From Rubrobacteraceae bacterium (lineage in GTDB: Bacteria; Actinomycetota; Rubrobacteria; Rubrobacterales; Rubrobacteraceae), in the NCBI GenBank assembly GCA_035645375.1, contig DASQMR010000353.1:12555-76554 (forward strand): a stretch of 64,000 nucleotides of DNA. The letters run 5' to 3'. Below, piece after piece: positions 42,592 through 52,972 of the stretch. Each line of letters starts with the position of its first letter. The first letter of the stretch is position 1. The position numbers were made by a program, and so were the translations under genes. The notes below the pieces were generated by a model. That model ran no database searches, was not told where the DNA came from, and saw only the letters and a list, made by a program, of their open reading frames with translations.

Positions 42592-43290
42592 TCAAGAACG
42601 GGCCTCTCCCGTCTCCTCGATCATCGCCCGCCCGATCCTGACAATAGTGGCCCCTTCTTCCACAGCGACCCTATAGTCACTGCTCATTCCCATGGAAAGC
42701 TCCGAAAGGTCGAAGTACGGACCCCAACTTCCGAGTAGCCTATCACGAATCGATCGCAGTTTTGCGAAAACATAACGCACATCTTCCGGCTCTTCAACAA
42801 TGGGCGCAAGTGTCATAAACCCCCGGACGCGCACCCTCTCGGTTCGCGCCGCCGCCTCCAACAAAGGCTCGACCTCGCCCTCCTCAACTCCATATTTGGA
42901 CTCCTCCCCGCTAACGTTAACCTGGAGCAAGACCTCAACCCCTCTCTGCGGAGCGCGCTTCGCCAACTCCTCGACGAGCCGCACCGAATCGACCGAGTGG
43001 ATAAGGGCGACGCGAGGAACAATCTCCTTCGCCTTGCGTCGCTGCACATGACCGATAAAGTGCCATTCGAACGCGTCCCCGAACCTCTCCTGTTTCGAGA
43101 CCAGATCTTCGGCCTTGTTCTCCCCTAAAAGGTCCACCCCGGCCTTTCCGAGCAACGCCATCTGCTCCGGAGAGTAGTACTTGCTGGCGATCAAGACCCT
43201 CGCCTCGTCCGGACCACGCCCGCTCTTCTCGAGAGCATCGTCGACGTTCTCCTTAACCTCTTCCAGCCGCTCCCGGATCAGCTCCTCCAT
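42592..43290 (-). CDS. yggS: PLP homeostasis protein YggS
   Basis: ASK, GEN, WHFIG, IHSVDS, LSMGMSSDY, VRIGR. Confidence 0.95.
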   Translation of the reverse strand: MEELIRERLEEVKENVDDALEKSGRGPDEARVLIASKYYSPEQMALLGKAGVDLLGENKAEDLVSKQERFGDAFEWHFIGHVQRRKAKEIVPRVALIHSVDSVRLVEELAKRAPQRGVEVLLQVNVSGEESKYGVEEGEVEPLLEAAARTERVRVRGFMTLAPIVEEPEDVRYVFAKLRSIRDRLLGSWGPYFDLSELSMGMSSDYRVAVEEGATIVRIGRAMIEETGEARS

Positions 43291-43310
43291 CGTTCGAACG
43301 CTACCGCTAC

Positions 43311-44048
43311 TCAGTTCAGGGCCATCGCCGCTAGGTTGCGCCCGGTCTTCGGTCCCTCCTTGCGGTGCGAGTAAAACAGGTCCGTCCGACACGCTGTACA
43401 TAGTTCTAGGTCGTAGACCTCACTTACCCCGGCCTCCTCAAGGTTCCGCCGGATCGCTCCCGGCAGTGATAGGTAGCGCCCAGAGACGACCTCCTCTCCG
43501 AACCTTCCCGCGAATCTCTCCGCTAGCTCCTCCGAGATTTCGTAGCAGCAGCGCCTAATCCCCGGCCCGATGTAAGCGCGCACTTCCCTGCCCATGCCGC
43601 TCGCAGCCCTAGCGCTAATACCGGACAGAGTTCCGCGCCAACCGGAATGCACCATGCCCACGATTCCTTCTCCCACAAGCGCCACTGGCACACAGTCCGC
43701 AACCGCGACGGCGAGCGCGAAACTACTTTCTCCAGTAACGAGCGCGTCGCCCTCGCCCGCCAACCCAGGTCTCTCTACCGCTACGACGCTATCCCCGGCG
43801 ACCTGACGAACCCAGGCCGGGGACCTCTCTCCCATAACGGTTTGTATACGCGAGAGATTCTCAGTGACAGCTTCTGATGCGTCGCCGACGAGGGTCGAGA
43901 CGTTGAGACTGTCGTATGGAGGTACGGAGACACCCCCCTTGCGGGTGAAGAACCATATGTCGGCGTCTTTAAGTCGAGGGAGGGGCGTAACGTAGGTCGC
44001 GCCGCCGGCCTCGCCGACGGCGTGCTCCTTCCATAGTACGGTCTGCAA
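43311..44048 (-). CDS. pgeF: PgeF/YfiH family protein
   Basis: FTRKGGVS, ADCVPV, HSGWRG, IGPGI, CTAC, YSHR. Confidence 0.92.
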   Translation of the reverse strand: MQTVLWKEHAVGEAGGATYVTPLPRLKDADIWFFTRKGGVSVPPYDSLNVSTLVGDASEAVTENLSRIQTVMGERSPAWVRQVAGDSVVAVERPGLAGEGDALVTGESSFALAVAVADCVPVALVGEGIVGMVHSGWRGTLSGISARAASGMGREVRAYIGPGIRRCCYEISEELAERFAGRFGEEVVSGRYLSLPGAIRRNLEEAGVSEVYDLELCTACRTDLFYSHRKEGPKTGRNLAAMALN

Positions 44049-44072
44049 GAAGCTGAGCTAGAAGCCCCGGCC

Positions 44073-45146
44073 CTAGCGGCGCCGGAGGAAGGCCGGGATG
44101 TCCAAAACATCACCCTCAGGCTGATGCTGGGAAGGAGGCTCCTCGCGAGGAGGAGAATCGTTAGCGACAGCCTGCTCGTCGCGTCGTCTTGTTACCAGTC
44201 GCTGATCGAAGCCCGTCGCGATCACCGTAACGCTTACACGTTCGCCGAACGTCTCGTCTACCACGGCCCCGAAGATCAGGTTCGCGTCCTGATGAGCAGC
44301 GTTGTGGACGATCTCCGCAGCCTCGTTCACCTCGAAGAGCCCTAGGTCTTGTCCACCGGTGATGTTAAGGATGATTCCGGTCGCCCCCTCGATACTCGCC
44401 TCGAGCAAGGGGCTGGAGATCGCGGTCCTGGCTGCCTCGGCACCCCTGTTCTCGCTGCTCGACTCCCCGATCCCCATCAACGCAGAGCCCGAGTTCTGCA
44501 TAATCGTGCGTACGTCCGCGAAGTCCAGGTTGATGAGCCCCGGTACAGTGATGAGGTCCGTGATCCCCTGCACACCCTTGCGCAACACGTCATCAGCCAT
44601 CTTGAAAGCATCCATCATGCTGGTGCGCTTCTCTGCTACCTGCAAGAGCCTGTCGTTGGGGATAATGATAAGAGCGTCTACGTTCTCCTTGAGACGCTTG
44701 ATACCCTCCTCGGCGTAAGTCGAGCGCCGCCGCCCCTCGAACGCGAACGGCCGAGTTACCACCCCTACCGTGAGGGCGCCGCTCTCCCGGGCTATCTTGG
44801 CGACCACCGGCGCCGCGCCCGTACCCGTGCCGCCGCCCTTACCTGCAGTCACGAAGACCATGTCCGCGCCCTTCAGGGCTTCCTCGATCTCCGCCTTGCT
44901 CTCTTCGGCTGCCTCCATCCCGACCTTCGGGTCAGCTCCAGCTCCGAGGCCCCGAGTCAACTTCTCGCCAATGTGTATCTTTATGTCGGCGTCGGTCATC
45001 TGAAGCGCCTGCGCGTCGGTATTAACCGAGATGAACTCAACCCCCGATAACCCGGAGTTGATCATCCGGTTCACCGCGTTGGTCCCCCCACCGCCGATCC
45101 CAACCACCTTTATTACCGCTAGATAATTCGTGCCCGAATCCAACAT
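44073..45146 (-). CDS. ftsZ: Cell division protein FtsZ
   Basis: GGGTGTG, NLDFADV, C-terminal DIPAFLRRR. Confidence 0.99.
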   Translation of the reverse strand: MLDSGTNYLAVIKVVGIGGGGTNAVNRMINSGLSGVEFISVNTDAQALQMTDADIKIHIGEKLTRGLGAGADPKVGMEAAEESKAEIEEALKGADMVFVTAGKGGGTGTGAAPVVAKIARESGALTVGVVTRPFAFEGRRRSTYAEEGIKRLKENVDALIIIPNDRLLQVAEKRTSMMDAFKMADDVLRKGVQGITDLITVPGLINLDFADVRTIMQNSGSALMGIGESSSENRGAEAARTAISSPLLEASIEGATGIILNITGGQDLGLFEVNEAAEIVHNAAHQDANLIFGAVVDETFGERVSVTVIATGFDQRLVTRRRDEQAVANDSPPREEPPSQHQPEGDVLDIPAFLRRR

Positions 45147-45166
45147 ACTCTTCTAACCCTTCGTCT

Positions 45167-46432
45167 TTAGCTTCTCCCGCCCGCCTCCGGCTTGCCTTTC
45201 GCTGCTCCCCCCGGACCATCCTCCCCGAAGAAACCAAACCACTCTCTGACAGCCGTCACTATGCTACCAAAACTAGTTATCCTTGCACCTTTACTCTTCG
45301 GTGCAGAGTCACCGTTTTTCGCTGCGAAGTATAGCAGACCTACAGCGGTCGAATACTGAGGCTTTCGTACAGGTACAGACTCGCCTTTTATACGGCGAGG
45401 GGTAGCGATCCTGGTCCGCACCCCCAGCACCTTCTCGGCGAGCTGGTCCATGCCATCTAACAGCGAGCCGCCCCCGGTGAGGACCACCCCTCCGGGCAAG
45501 AGATTGCGTACCCCGGCCTTCTCCATCGAGTCACGCGCCAGCTCCAAGACCTCGTAGGCACGGTACTCGAGGATCTGGCTGATGAAGCGGGCGTTGTAGT
45601 GCTTTTCTTCGAGCTTCACGGCGGCAACGTCGTCGATAGTTTGGGAGAGGACGGTACCGTACTTGAGTTTGAGGGCGTCGGCGGGCTCAAAAGGAATTTT
45701 GAGCCCGTAGGCTACGTCGGCGGAGAAGCTTTGACCGCCGAGAGGAATCACATCAGTGTGCGTGAGAGCACCACGCATAAAAGTGGCGATATCTGTTGTA
45801 CCGCCGCCGATGTCTATTAGGGCGACGCCCATCGAGCGGTCCTCATCGAGGAGACAAGCCTCACTGGAGGCCAGCGGCTCCAGTACTACCTGCGAGACCT
45901 TGACGCCGCAGTCCTCGACCGCCCCGAGGAGGTTCTGGATGCCGGAGATCGCACCCGCCACCACGTGTGCGCGCATCGTCACCTTCCTTGCGGCAAGGCC
46001 CACTGGCTGCGTCACCCCCTCCGCACCATCAAGCACGAAGGAGCGTGCAACGACGTGTATGACCTTTTCGTCCTCGCCTACGTGCATCTGACGAGCCTCG
46101 GTCTCCAGCCGCTTGCGGAACCGCCCGGTAATCGTCCGGTTGCGAGCCCGGTTGAGGAGTGTAACCTCGGTATTGAAGGAGGAGATATGCCCGCCTGCGA
46201 TACCGACGCTTACCGGCACGCCGCGCGGGAAACCTCCGCACTCCTCTATAGCGGCGGCCACCGACTCGGTCGTGGCCTCCCGATCCACGACCATGCCGCG
46301 CCTGAGGCCGTAGCTAGGCGTCTCTCCGAAGCTCACAACCTCAGCCCATCCCCGGCGGCCGTCAGCGCGTCCGACCATAGCCACGACCTTGGTAGTGCCG
46401 ACATCTATCCCATAGACTAGCTTCGACGCCAT
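45167..46432 (-). CDS. ftsA: Cell division protein FtsA
   Basis: GIDVGTTKV, DIGGGTTD, VLTGGGS, YSTAVGL; between ftsQ and ftsZ. Confidence 0.93.
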   Translation of the reverse strand: MASKLVYGIDVGTTKVVAMVGRADGRRGWAEVVSFGETPSYGLRRGMVVDREATTESVAAAIEECGGFPRGVPVSVGIAGGHISSFNTEVTLLNRARNRTITGRFRKRLETEARQMHVGEDEKVIHVVARSFVLDGAEGVTQPVGLAARKVTMRAHVVAGAISGIQNLLGAVEDCGVKVSQVVLEPLASSEACLLDEDRSMGVALIDIGGGTTDIATFMRGALTHTDVIPLGGQSFSADVAYGLKIPFEPADALKLKYGTVLSQTIDDVAAVKLEEKHYNARFISQILEYRAYEVLELARDSMEKAGVRNLLPGGVVLTGGGSLLDGMDQLAEKVLGVRTRIATPRRIKGESVPVRKPQYSTAVGLLYFAAKNGDSAPKSKGARITSFGSIVTAVREWFGFFGEDGPGGAAKGKPEAGGRS

Positions 46433-46440
46433 GACGCTCG

Positions 46441-47109
46441 CTAACCACCCGAACTTTCGGGGCCGACCACGACTCTATCCGGCGACCGGAGATCGAAGTA
46501 GGCGGCGTCGGGATGCTCCTCTATTAGTCTCTTCAGGGCCTGAGCCTGCTCGTCTCCCACAGAGTCTGCGAAGAGCACGCGATAGCCCTCTACGGTCGTC
46601 TCGATACCCTCCGCGCCAACCACATCAATCGAGTCAAGCATAACCCCGTTCTTATCAAGCACCTCGCCAACCGCCAAGATCTCCTCCAACTGTGCCTCGT
46701 CGAGCCCAAGCCGCGTAAGAGCGGCTCCTCCGAGCCCCGGAAGCTCCGTTCCATCTGCCGCTAACACGATCCTACGGGCCCCCAAGTCTCCATCGAGTAC
46801 AGCCTTGCGTTCTTCAACCTCAACCGTAACTATACCGGACTCCCAGTCTTTGAGCACCTCCACACTTTTAACCCAGGGATTAGCCTCTATCTCGCGTTCC
46901 AGGGTTGAGGAATTGAGAGAAGGGAGGCTTGCGTAGCCCGGGAGGGCCTCCCAGGCTACGCTCTCAGGGAGCATCCGGGCTCCGTGTACTTCTATCCCAG
47001 CCACGGGGTAGAGAAGATAGGAGACGGTAAGGGCGATAAGAGCGGTGAGAGTAGCGACGGCGGCAGAGATTCCAATAGCCAGGATCAGGTTGAACGGGTA
47101 GAGGCGCAC
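46441..47109 (-). CDS. ftsQ: FtsQ/DivIB
   Basis: TM, POTRA-like PWVKSVEV...VEER, C-terminal DLR. Confidence 0.85.
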   Translation of the reverse strand: MRLYPFNLILAIGISAAVATLTALIALTVSYLLYPVAGIEVHGARMLPESVAWEALPGYASLPSLNSSTLEREIEANPWVKSVEVLKDWESGIVTVEVEERKAVLDGDLGARRIVLAADGTELPGLGGAALTRLGLDEAQLEEILAVGEVLDKNGVMLDSIDVVGAEGIETTVEGYRVLFADSVGDEQAQALKRLIEEHPDAAYFDLRSPDRVVVGPESSGG

Positions 47110-47127
47110 TAAGTCGGTCCGTCTCTC

Positions 47128-48474
47128 CTAATCCAGCATGTCCAGAAGCTCGTCACCGACCCGCGAGACATCGCCGGCGCCCATCGTCAGGACCGTGTCC
47201 CTCGGCTCGGCGATGGTGTGCAAAACTCCAGGGATATCGTGTTGGTTAGGGATATAGTAGACGTCAGGGTGTGGATGGCTCTCGCAAAGAGCATCTACTA
47301 TAAGCTTGCCGCTGACCCCCGGCTGAGGCATCTCACCCGCGCTATAGACGTCTGTAACCAGGACGGCATCAGCCATGGTCAACGCCTCACCGAACTCGCG
47401 ATAGAGGATACGGGTGCGCGAGTAGCGGTGTGGCTGGAAGACTGCTATAACCCGGCCCTCCCGCTGCCTCGTCGCCCTGGCTACCTCAAGCGTCACCGAG
47501 AGCTCCGTAGGATGGTGTGCGTAGTCGTCGACTACCCGGATCTCACCACGCTCTCCTTTAAGTTGGAAGCGGCGCCTCACGCCGGAGAAGCTCTTCAAGC
47601 TCACGGCAGCTTCATAAGCATCATGGCCAAGCCAGCGGGCGATCGCGGCCGCTCCAAGGGAATTCAAAACGTTGTGCTTTCCAGCGACGCCTAGCTCGAC
47701 GACGCCTCGCTCTTCGCCGGCCTCTGAGAGAACGTAGGAGTTGGGAGAGAGAACCCTTGCCCTGAGATGCCCGCCAGCAAGGCCGTAAGTCGTGACCGGA
47801 CAAGAGGCGAGGGCGGCGAGGTGGAGACAGTTCGCATCGTCGGCGCAGGTAACGAGGTGACCGCCGGGCGGCAGGGCGGTGACGAACTTCTCAAAGGTCG
47901 AGATGACATCGTCGAGGGAGGAGTAGAAGTCTGGGTGGTCGAACTCGACGTTGGTGACGACAGCGGCCAACGGGTCGAGATAGAGGAGCGAGCGGTCACT
48001 CTCATCAGCCTCGGCTACGAAGAGATCCGACCCTCCGGCGACGACGTTGCTCCCGATGTCGTTCAGTTCGCCGCCGATAAGGGCGGTGGGGCTCTCACCC
48101 AATGACTTGAGAGCGTGGGTCGTCATGCTCGTGGTAGTAGTCTTGCCGTGGGTGCCCGCAACGGCGATGCTTCGTCCACCCGCGAGGATGCGCGAGAGGG
48201 CCGCTGCCCGGGGCACCACCGGGATCGATCGTCGGTGGGCCTCAAGTAGCTCCGGGTTCGTCGAGGGGATAGCGGTAGAGATGACCACCTGCTGCGCCTC
48301 CGCCACCTGGCTGGCGGCATGACCAACGTAGACCGTTACGCCCGCCTCCTTCAGACGCCTCGTATACGGAGACTCCTTGAGGTCCGAGCCGGTGACTTCG
48401 TGCCCGTTCTTGTGCAAGACCTCAGCTATGCCGCTCATCCCGGCGCCGCCGATCCCGATCATATGTATTTTCAT
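47128..48474 (-). CDS. murC: UDP-N-acetylmuramate-L-alanine ligase
   Basis: GIGGAGMS, GTHGKTTT, EADESD, DDYAHHP, FQPHRYSRT. Confidence 0.97.
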   Translation of the reverse strand: MKIHMIGIGGAGMSGIAEVLHKNGHEVTGSDLKESPYTRRLKEAGVTVYVGHAASQVAEAQQVVISTAIPSTNPELLEAHRRSIPVVPRAAALSRILAGGRSIAVAGTHGKTTTTSMTTHALKSLGESPTALIGGELNDIGSNVVAGGSDLFVAEADESDRSLLYLDPLAAVVTNVEFDHPDFYSSLDDVISTFEKFVTALPPGGHLVTCADDANCLHLAALASCPVTTYGLAGGHLRARVLSPNSYVLSEAGEERGVVELGVAGKHNVLNSLGAAAIARWLGHDAYEAAVSLKSFSGVRRRFQLKGERGEIRVVDDYAHHPTELSVTLEVARATRQREGRVIAVFQPHRYSRTRILYREFGEALTMADAVLVTDVYSAGEMPQPGVSGKLIVDALCESHPHPDVYYIPNQHDIPGVLHTIAEPRDTVLTMGAGDVSRVGDELLDMLD

Positions 48475-49598
48475 CTCGTGTTCCCTCTCGTCTCTGTCGC
48501 TGCGAGCAGGTGCTTAGCGACCTCAGCGGCGGCTTCGGGGGTCGCAAGGGCGCGCATGTTGCGCGCGAACCTCTCTCGCCTCGCGTCATCTTCGAGCAAA
48601 GCCTCAACGCGAGTGCGGATGGTATCACCGGTGACCTCTTCGTCGAGCAGAAGTTCTCCAGCTTCCCTGTCCGTAAAGTATCGGGCGTTGTGGAGTTGAT
48701 GATCTGCCGTAGCGTAGGGGTAGGGGACGATAACCGACGCCCTTCCAACAGCCGCCGTATCGAAGAGTGAACCGGCTCCCGCCCGCGTCACCACGACGCT
48801 CGCGGCAGCCAGCGGGTACCAGAGCTCGTTTTCATAAGCTACGATTCTATGTCGCGGGTTGTGTGTCGAGAGGCGGGCGAAGTCTCTCCTGCCAGAGATC
48901 TGGTAGATCGAATACGGCGTAGGGTCCCGAAACGCCTCGGCGGCGGCGAGGTTCAATTTCAAAGCGCCGCCGCTGCCGCCGAAGATCAGGACTACCGGCG
49001 GCTCGATTCCGAGCCGCTCCCGCGCCTCCTCTTTCGACGTCCTCGAAAACTCCTCACGAGTAGGCATCCCGACAAGAGCAGCGTGCGAGAGGCGTTCGGC
49101 GGCGTCAGGAAAGGTCACGAGGGCCTCGTGCGTGAACCGGGCCGCAAAGCGGTTGACCCTGCCGGGTACGGAGTTCTGCTCGTGGAGGAAGGTCGGGATC
49201 TTTAGCGTTTCCGCCGCAAGGACAGCTGGGGCACTCGCGTATCCGCCGACACCGAACACCGCTCCAGGGCGAAATTTTTTCAATATAGCGCGGCATCTAA
49301 GTACAGCTTTGAGGAGGAGGAGACCAGCGCGAGCGCGGGCGGGTAGACCGCCTGAGAGTCCAGCGAGGGGTAGGGCATGCAAAGGGTAGTCCGCCTCCGG
49401 CACCAGGGTCGCCTCGATACCGGCGTTCGAGCCGATGAAGCGTATGTCTGCGCCTCTAGAACGCAGCTTATCCGCCACGCACAACGCGGGGATCACGTGG
49501 CCCCCCGTTCCGCCGCCGGCGATCAAGATTCGCGGGGCTCTGCTTTGCGCGCCCGCCCGCCGTGACACGACGCGGTTTGGCCTCTCTTGCAATCTCAC
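48471..49598 (-). CDS. murG: MurG glycosyltransferase (true start probably 49568 or 49526)
   Basis: GGGTGGH, GGY, HEQN, GGSGGA, RAGA, HQLHNA. Confidence 0.95.
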   Translation of the reverse strand: MRLQERPNRVVSRRAGAQSRAPRILIAGGGTGGHVIPALCVADKLRSRGADIRFIGSNAGIEATLVPEADYPLHALPLAGLSGGLPARARAGLLLLKAVLRCRAILKKFRPGAVFGVGGYASAPAVLAAETLKIPTFLHEQNSVPGRVNRFAARFTHEALVTFPDAAERLSHAALVGMPTREEFSRTSKEEARERLGIEPPVVLIFGGSGGALKLNLAAAEAFRDPTPYSIYQISGRRDFARLSTHNPRHRIVAYENELWYPLAAASVVVTRAGAGSLFDTAAVGRASVIVPYPYATADHQLHNARYFTDREAGELLLDEEVTGDTIRTRVEALLEDDARRERFARNMRALATPEAAAEVAKHLLAATETRGNTR

Positions 49599-50643
49599 CG
49601 TCCTCCGATATTCGGTAAAGAATCCCCACGGCGACGAAACAGACTAGCACGCTGGAGCCGCCATAGCTCACGAAGGGAAGGGTTATCCCGGCTAAAGGTA
49701 CCGCGCCCATCGCCGCCCCAATATTGAAGGTTGTCTGGACGGCGAACATGGTCGCAATCCCGGCCGCCATGCACCTGCCCAATACAGAGGGCGAGTTTAG
49801 GGCGATGGCGAACCCCCCAAGCGCGAGGAAACCGAAGGCCCCGATAACGAGCACCATCCCCAACAGACCGAGTTCCTCACCTATGAGCGCGAATACCATG
49901 TCTGTTTGCGCCTCTGGTACGACTACGCCTCCCTCTCCCGCACCTGCCCCGGCCCCGAAGATGCTACCCGCCTTTATGGCGACCATAGACTGTACGATCT
50001 GGTACCCCGATCCGTCCGATACGCTCCATGGGTCCAGAAAAGTGAGAAAGCGTGCGCGCCGGTATGGCTCAAGGAGCATCGCTCCGAAGAGCGCCGCGGC
50101 TGCGGCCGCTCCGGCTACCACCAAGTCCCTAGTTCTGAGCTCCGAGGCCCACAATACCCCGGCCGCACCCGCAGCGATCACGACTGAGGTGCCGAAATCA
50201 GGCTCGACGAGCACGAGCACGAAGAGTAGCACCACGGCTAGAACCGGCCAGAGCGGCAAACCCGAGCCTGGCCTCGCCCGGGCGACGGCACACGAGAGCA
50301 ACAAGATCCCTGCTAGCTTTGCGAACTCCGCTGGCTGAACGCTCATGGGACCGAGATCGAACCACCTCCGCGCCCCGTAGACCTCCAAACCAATGCCGGG
50401 TATAAGGACGAGGATGAGGCTCGCTAGAACGGATACATAGAGGTAAGGTGCCAGCCCGCGCCAGGAGGTGTAGCGCACCTTGCTCGCGATATAGAACGCG
50501 ACAATCCCGAGCGCCAGGTGGGCGAAACGCACCCCAAGATAGTGGATCCCATACTCCTTGGCGGTCGCCGAGTACACCATGACGTTCCCGAGCAGTGCGA
50601 GCGCCAACGCCACCACGAAAAGGTTGGTCCTGAGCGTCGTCAT
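49468..50643 (-). CDS. ftsW: FtsW peptidoglycan polymerase
   Basis: GARRW, QPAEFAK, EPDFGT, PEAQTD, LPFVSYGGSS. Confidence 0.95.
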   Translation of the reverse strand: MTTLRTNLFVVALALALLGNVMVYSATAKEYGIHYLGVRFAHLALGIVAFYIASKVRYTSWRGLAPYLYVSVLASLILVLIPGIGLEVYGARRWFDLGPMSVQPAEFAKLAGILLLSCAVARARPGSGLPLWPVLAVVLLFVLVLVEPDFGTSVVIAAGAAGVLWASELRTRDLVVAGAAAAAALFGAMLLEPYRRARFLTFLDPWSVSDGSGYQIVQSMVAIKAGSIFGAGAGAGEGGVVVPEAQTDMVFALIGEELGLLGMVLVIGAFGFLALGGFAIALNSPSVLGRCMAAGIATMFAVQTTFNIGAAMGAVPLAGITLPFVSYGGSSVLVCFVAVGILYRISEDGEIAREAKPRRVTAGGRAKQSPANLDRRRRNGGPRDPRVVRGG

Positions 50644-51977
50644 CGTCTGGCCCTACCACCTGCTCGCGCAAGCTCTGCGACAAATCCGGCAAAAGCCTCC
50701 CCTCTTAGGGCGTACCCGGAGAACTGATCGAAGCTCGCACACCCGGGTGAGAGGAGCACCACGTCCCCGGGATAGGCGACTTTTTGCGCTCTAGTCACCG
50801 CAGAGGCAAGGTCCGGTTCCAGGAAGAAGACGCCCGTACCGTCGCCCTTCTCTTCAAGGTACCTGTAGATCCCGGGACCAGCCTCGCCTTGACAGATGAC
50901 CGCCCGGCAGCGCCCCATTTGCGGCAGTACCTCCATGAAGTCCGTCTCCTTCTCTGAACCCCCGAGGATAAGCACCACCGGTTCTCCGAAGCTCGCTAGC
51001 GCGGCCGCTACCGAAGCGGGATTTGTCGCCTTCGAATCGTCCACATATGTAACCCCACCGTGCCTCGCGATGACCTGCATGCGGTGCGGCTTGAGCTGGT
51101 ACCCGATCAAACCTTTACGGATACCATCCAAGCTTATCCCGAGCCTCTCAGCCGTGGCCGCCGCGAAGACCGCGTTCTCGTAATTGTGCGGTCCGGAGAA
51201 CGGCAGCTCCTCTACCGAGGCGATGCCACGCCCCCGCAGCACCAGGTTGCCGGCCAAGACGCCCGTCTCCTCCGCCCCAACGACGAGCGTCTCCGCGGCC
51301 AGCCCTCCTGCAGCACCCCTCCCCACGGGATCCTCGGCGCTCACGAGCGCGAGGTCCTCTGCTCTCTGGCCGTCGAAGACGCGTAACTTATCGGCAGCAT
51401 ACTCCTCAAACGACGCGTGCCAATTGAGGTGGTCCGGTCGCATGTTTAGAAGCGCCGCGACATTGAACCCCGGATCGTCAATGTAGTGAAGCTGAAAAGA
51501 CGAAACCTCCAGAACGAGCAGGCTCGCTTCCCGAGCCTCGTGCAGGTGACCGGTCAACGCACGCCACGAATTACCCGCGACGGCGTGCGGAGTCCCAGAA
51601 GCGGCGAGGATGCCGCGCAGCATGTCCACTACGGTCGTCTTTCCGTTCGTCCCGGTGATGGCGGCGACGCGAAGATCTGGCCCAAGCAACTCTAAACCCA
51701 GGGCAACCTCGGAGAGCACGGGCACCCTCGCCTTCTCTGCTGCGGTGAGCAACGCGTCACGCGGCCGGATGCCAGGACTCGCGACGATCCGGTCGAAGTT
51801 CTCCGCTAGTATCCTCGGGTCGGCTTTTAGAAGTCTACTGACCCCTAGTTTCGAGGCAATATCTCTAGAGCTCTGCGCATCGCTCGCGTCGGCGACGACG
51901 ACCTCTTCGTCTCTCTCGCGTAGGGCATGCGCGGCGGCGAGGCCGGACTCCCCGAGGCCATAAACGAGTGTCTTCAC
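50640..51977 (-). CDS. murD: UDP-MurNAc-L-Ala-D-glutamate ligase
   Basis: ITGTNGKTT, EVSSFQL, DHLNWH, DDSKATN, SPGCASFD; GTG start at 51977. Confidence 0.96.
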   Translation of the reverse strand: MKTLVYGLGESGLAAAHALRERDEEVVVADASDAQSSRDIASKLGVSRLLKADPRILAENFDRIVASPGIRPRDALLTAAEKARVPVLSEVALGLELLGPDLRVAAITGTNGKTTVVDMLRGILAASGTPHAVAGNSWRALTGHLHEAREASLLVLEVSSFQLHYIDDPGFNVAALLNMRPDHLNWHASFEEYAADKLRVFDGQRAEDLALVSAEDPVGRGAAGGLAAETLVVGAEETGVLAGNLVLRGRGIASVEELPFSGPHNYENAVFAAATAERLGISLDGIRKGLIGYQLKPHRMQVIARHGGVTYVDDSKATNPASVAAALASFGEPVVLILGGSEKETDFMEVLPQMGRCRAVICQGEAGPGIYRYLEEKGDGTGVFFLEPDLASAVTRAQKVAYPGDVVLLSPGCASFDQFSGYALRGEAFAGFVAELARAGGRARR

Positions 51978-52972
51978 AGAAGAGCGTCGTTGTAGAGGGT
52001 AAAGTAGTAGATAACAAATCCGGCAGCGGTAAATGCAGCCTGCACAATCCAAAACCGCACCACCACCTTGTTCTCCTGCCACCCGGAGAGCTCGAAGTGG
52101 TGATGGATCGGCGCCATCTTAAAAACCCGCCGCCCGGTCAGCTTGAAGGAGCCGTACTGGATAATGACAGAGAGGCCTTCGATAACGAAGAGCCCTCCGA
52201 TGATCGGCAACAACATCTCCGTCTTCGTGATTACCGCCGCCGCCGCCAATACTCCGCCGATCGCAAGGGAGCCTGTGTCTCCCATGAACATCTGCGCCGG
52301 GTGGGAGTTGTACCAGAGAAACCCAATGATCGCCCCGACCATCCCCCCGCAAATGATCGCCACGTCGTACTGCCGCTCAAGGAACGCTATGGCCGTGTAG
52401 GCGAGCAATGCTATCCCTCCCGCACCCGCTGCCAGCCCGTCGAGTCCGTCTGAGAGGTTTACGCTGTTGGTCGTGCCGACTATGACCAGCAGCATTAGGA
52501 AGCTGAAGAGCGCTACGCCGACCACCCCAGGCCCGAGCACCAGGTTCCTCTCGAAGCCTGGGATGATGACGTTCTGCGTCACGCCAACATACCGGAGCGC
52601 CATAACATCCGCGACGACGACTGCGAGGGTAAGCAGTAAAAACTTGTAGCGTACGCTCAAGCCTTCGTTGCGCCTGTTGGAGATCTTCTGCCAATCATCG
52701 TAGAGTCCGATCCCCGCGACCGCCGAAACGAGCAACAACGTAGTTAGTGTCGCCAGATTTGGACGCGCAACAACCAAGAGCGCCGAGCCGAGACCCATGA
52801 GCATGACCACACCGCCCATCGTCGGCGTACCCTGCTTGATAAGATGAGTCTGCGGACCCTCCTCCCGTACGAATTGCCCGAATTTCTTGGTTTGCAGAAA
52901 CTCTATAAACTTCGAACCTAGCGTTACAGTAACCGCGAAGGCGATCGCCGCCGCCAAGATAACGCTAAACAA
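51974..52972 (-). CDS. mraY: Phospho-MurNAc-pentapeptide transferase
   Basis: KQGTPTMGG, NLSDGLDGL, FMGDTGS, APIHHHFE. Confidence 0.97.
   Translation of the reverse strand: MFSVILAAAIAFAVTVTLGSKFIEFLQTKKFGQFVREEGPQTHLIKQGTPTMGGVVMLMGLGSALLVVARPNLATLTTLLLVSAVAGIGLYDDWQKISNRRNEGLSVRYKFLLLTLAVVVADVMALRYVGVTQNVIIPGFERNLVLGPGVVGVALFSFLMLLVIVGTTNSVNLSDGLDGLAAGAGGIALLAYTAIAFLERQYDVAIICGGMVGAIIGFLWYNSHPAQMFMGDTGSLAIGGVLAAAAVITKTEMLLPIIGGLFVIEGLSVIIQYGSFKLTGRRVFKMAPIHHHFELSGWQENKVVVRFWIVQAAFTAAGFVIYYFTLYNDALL

Noticed and set aside
49468-49598. Large ftsW/murG overlap as a possible frameshift
   Set aside because: Both proteins are complete; explained by a short FtsW tail and an uncertain murG start
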